Assembly: GCF_032191835.1 (NCBI RefSeq)
Contig: NC_083227.1
Coordinates: forward strand, 83,080,001 to 83,144,000
Direction: 5' to 3'
Source of the DNA: Heteronotia binoei
Lineage: Eukaryota
Length of the DNA stretch: 64,000 bases
Shown: in pieces, positions 60,841 through 64,000 of the stretch
How positions within the stretch are numbered: the stretch's first letter is position 1
Layout: every line of letters begins with the position of its first letter
Program-made: the position numbers and the translations under genes
Notes under the pieces: generated by a model
Seen by the model: the letters and a program-made list of their open reading frames with translations, nothing else
Database searches by the model: none
Told to the model about the DNA's origin: nothing

Positions 60841-63752
60841 ATGGAAAATTCCCCCAAATTGAGCATCCCTAAATTGACCAGGGATAACTTCCTTTTATGG
60901 AAAATGGGGATTGAGTGTGCTCTGGGGATCCAACGGATAAGATATGTGTTGGATTATGAAATTCCAACTGATTAATCCCAAGAGGAGAGAGAGAAATTTG
61001 ATGCAGACGAACTTAAAGCTAAGCTGCTGATACTGAGTTCGGTCTCATCTCAAGAAACTGCCATAGTTGTTAATTGTGTTCACGTGAAAGAGATTTGGAA
61101 TAACCTAAATTTGAAGTATGGGCAGCGCACATTTCTCCAGGGGCAGTACTTGCGCAAACACCTATACTCCCTCAGTCTTGCCCCAGGGGGTAATATCTCA
61201 GCTCACCTCGACAACATCCTGGCCCTTGTGGCGGAATTAAAATCAGCTGGAGCTACGGTATCTACTGAAGAGCTTCAGGCTGTAATTGTCTCATCGTTCC
61301 CAGAAACCTATGAGAGCATTTTAGCCCCAGTTGAATCTAGAGAAGAGATTGATATTGATTTTACAATTGCATATTTAAGAGACTTAAGTGTTAAACGCAA
61401 ATTTTCTAGATTGTCAAGCCAAATGCAAGCATTGGCTGTAAAGGAGGAAAAAGGGGGCAGAGATCAAAGGATCTGCTACAGGTGTTTGAAACCAGGCCAC
61501 ATAGCGAGATTCTGTGAGTCAAAGCAGAAGAGGCCTGAAGGCAGAAATCCCAGCTCCTCACACAAAGGAGAAGGGGCTGTGTCTCAGCAAGGGGCAGTTA
61601 ACTCACAAACAAAGACAAAGCATCGTGGTGAAGTCTCGTACATGTTGAGATCTAATGAAATGGACGATGCTAAAAGAGCCTTTTTGCTGGATTCTGGTTC
61701 AAATACGCATATATGTAGATTTCGTAATTAGTTTGTTTGTTTGGATGAAAGCCAGAGGAAAACTTTGAAACTTGCTAATGAGGATACTTTACAGACAAAC
61801 GGCGTTGGATCTGTGAAGATCTCGGTTTATTCAAAGGATGGAGAGCTAATTGATGTGTTGTTGAAGGACTGTGTTTACTCTGAGCAAGCAGATCAGAATT
61901 TAATTTCTGTAATGAAATTAACAGATCAAGGAAATGTGTTTTTGATTAAAGATAGAAAATGCACCATTGCCCACCCAGGGAGTGACGTGCTTTTTGAAGC
62001 AGTAAGATTTGATGGTGCTTACTATTTGAACCCTGTAGAAGTGGGTCATGTCTATAATGTGAGATCTGTTGAGAAGTCACTGAATACATGCAAAGAAAAC
62101 TTTGCAGGATGCAGCCAAGAGATGCAAGCTTGTGATGTATGTGTGAAGGGGAAAGGCACAGCGCCACCCTAGGGCAAGAGAAAGCCAGTACACAATGAGA
62201 AGTCTCTAGAGACTGTAAAAGGTGATGTGATGGATCCAAATACTCTGTTATCTAAAGGGTGCGATGTTGTGCATATTGATGAGAGCAGAGTACCCCTGAT
62301 ATCTGAGACAGCCACAGTGCAGGAAGATCAGGAAACTGATGCAGGAATGTCTCTCACTGAAATGGACGACTGGCTGACTGCCAGTAGCGCCAACCCTCAA
62401 GGTAGGCCAGAAAGCACCCCAGAAGCAGAAGGGGAGGCAGATCAAGCTGGGCCAGAAGGGGAGACGGACAGTACTGTGAGGCAATCTCAAAGAAGGAACA
62501 AGGGTGTACCACCTGCCAGATATGGACTTTGTAATGTTCTGCAAACTGCAGAAGAATCCTCAGACAATGAGGAAATCCCAAGGGAGATGATTGTAAAGTA
62601 TGCCACTCTCAGAACCCGACTGAGTATAGCAGCACAGAAAGGAATGCATGTGCAGCACCTTGAGATTGAAAAGGCAAACCTCAAGAAAAACTTACCTGAT
62701 AAAGGACTGAGTAAAGTGCTAACTGCTTTTCTGCAAAAGCAAGGGTTCCAGCCAGCGAAAATAGAACCCAGCCTGTTCTTCAAACTGAAGAATGATAAAT
62801 GCCAGTATGTACTGATGTCAACTGATGGACTGTTGTTATGCTGTCAATGTGAATCTGATGTGCAAGAGATAGTTGACAAGCTGAGTGCAGAAGTGGAAGT
62901 AAAATGTTTTGGAACTTTGAACCACTATCTTGGAATACAGATAGAAAGAACAGGGAATGGAGGTTTTTTTCTGAGTCAAAGAACCAAAATCCTGAATCTT
63001 GCTAAGGCACTGAGCCTGAAAGATATCAAGAGAGCAAGTTTCCCACTTGACCCATCTTACCTCAAGCTGGAAGATGGAGTGCCTCTCAAGGACAATCGTC
63101 TGTACAGAGAAACTATTGGAAAACTTCTGTATCTAGCTCAAATCACCCGACCTGACATAAGTGCAGCTGTTGGAATCTTGAGCAGAAAGACAAGCTCACT
63201 TAATCACCATGATTGGAATGCAGTGAAGAGACTTGTTAAGTATCTCATTGGGACAGCTGATCTGAAACTGAAGATTGCAGCTGATGACGACCCAAGATTG
63301 GTTGGATACATGGACGCAGATTGGGCCGAAGATACTACTGATCACAAATCAGTAAGTGGGGATCTGTTTTTCTATGGAAGCAACCTGATCAACTGGACTG
63401 GTCGCAAGCAGAGTATAGTAGCTATGTCCACAACGGAAGCTGAGTTTGATTCTGCAGCAGGTGCCTGCAATGAGCTTGAATGGATCATACACCTGCTGAG
63501 AGACTTTGGAATAGAAGAGCCTATTCCAGTAACCCTGTTTGAAGATAACACACCTTGCCTAAGTTTGATCAAGAGTGAAAGTGTCAAAGGCAAGACCAAT
63601 ACCACAAGGTGAGGGTGTTGCAGCAACAAGGAATGATTGAAGTAAAGTTTTGTCCTTCAGAAGAAATGATTGCTGACATCCTGACCAAGCCACTCACCAA
63701 GAAGTTTGAGCACCTGAGAAAGAAGCTGAAACTTCATGACTTCAGTTCATGA
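60841..63752 (+). pseudogene. Copia gag-pol with three in-frame stops and one late frameshift
   Basis: One frame from ATG 60841 with stops at 60973, 61729 and 62170. CCHC knuckle 61474-61515, protease DSG 61690-61698, RNase H DADW/TEAE/EDN motifs; frameshift near 63600 before ADILTK. Confidence 0.9.
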
Positions 63753-63756
63753 ACTT

Positions 63757-63766
63757 GAGAAGGGGA
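63757..63766 (+). promoter_or_regulatory. Polypurine tract
   Basis: gagaagggga immediately before the 3' LTR. Confidence 0.85.
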
Positions 63767-63767
63767 T

Positions 63768-64000
63768 TGTGCGGTTTCTGATGCAATTTCACTTCCTGTT
63801 GTCATGAGTTAATTAAATGTTTGTATATGCATGCTGATGTTTAGCCAATGAGAATATTTGCACGTACTTCCCACCAAGGCTAGGTGTCAATATGCATAGT
63901 GACCAGTGAGGGAGAGCCCTAATAGGCTAATCCATATATTTGGGTGGTTGTCTGAGGGAAACCATTTGGTCAGTTTTATAGCCCTTTGTGTTAAGCCCTT
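63768..64000 (+). repeat. 3' LTR (partial, truncated by the window edge)
   Basis: Colinear with 60089-60321. Confidence 0.95.

Larger units (their letters stand above)
60089..64000 (+). mobile_element. Ty1/copia LTR retrotransposon, internally deleted derivative; 3' LTR runs off the window
   Basis: LTR-PBS-gag-PR-(IN remnant)-(RT remnant)-RNase H-PPT-LTR, with the integrase remnant before RT, which is the copia domain order. Confidence 0.95.

Noticed and set aside
1-64000. True tRNA, 5S rRNA, CRISPR or GATA2/EEFSEC exons
   Set aside because: tRNA-like and 5S-like stretches are all degenerate SINE heads with TE tails. No spacer-repeat array was found, and no ORF matched GATA2 or EEFSEC.

Overview
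Vertebrate (squamate, most likely gecko) genomic DNA. It is gene-poor and dense in transposable elements. The only host protein-coding gene I can support is an intact single-coding-exon class B J-domain co-chaperone on the minus strand (32983-33666), which best matches DNAJB8. The rest is nested TE material: L2 and CR1 LINE fragments, two young RTE-clade LINE copies, Sauria, Squam3/MIR-like, CR1-tailed tRNA and 5S-derived SINEs, many hAT-type MITEs (several with clean 8-bp TSDs), Penelope-like terminal repeats with hammerhead-ribozyme cores, and a recent Ty1/copia LTR element that runs off the right edge. There is a 135-nt assembly gap at 15743-15877. The most unusual observations are: (1) the copia element lacks the integrase core and the RT catalytic motifs but keeps one reading frame across the missing segments, with the Gag knuckle, protease and RNase H motifs retained; (2) a 178-bp TSD-bounded element carrying two back-to-back hammerhead cores; (3) a TSD-bounded RTE with its 5' end but no endonuclease domain; (4) a 136-bp duplication flanking an internal CR1 fragment; (5) a MITE family carrying a KLF-like plus octamer composite motif. 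TE family names come from recognition by eye, not database searches, and boundaries without a stated TSD are approximate.
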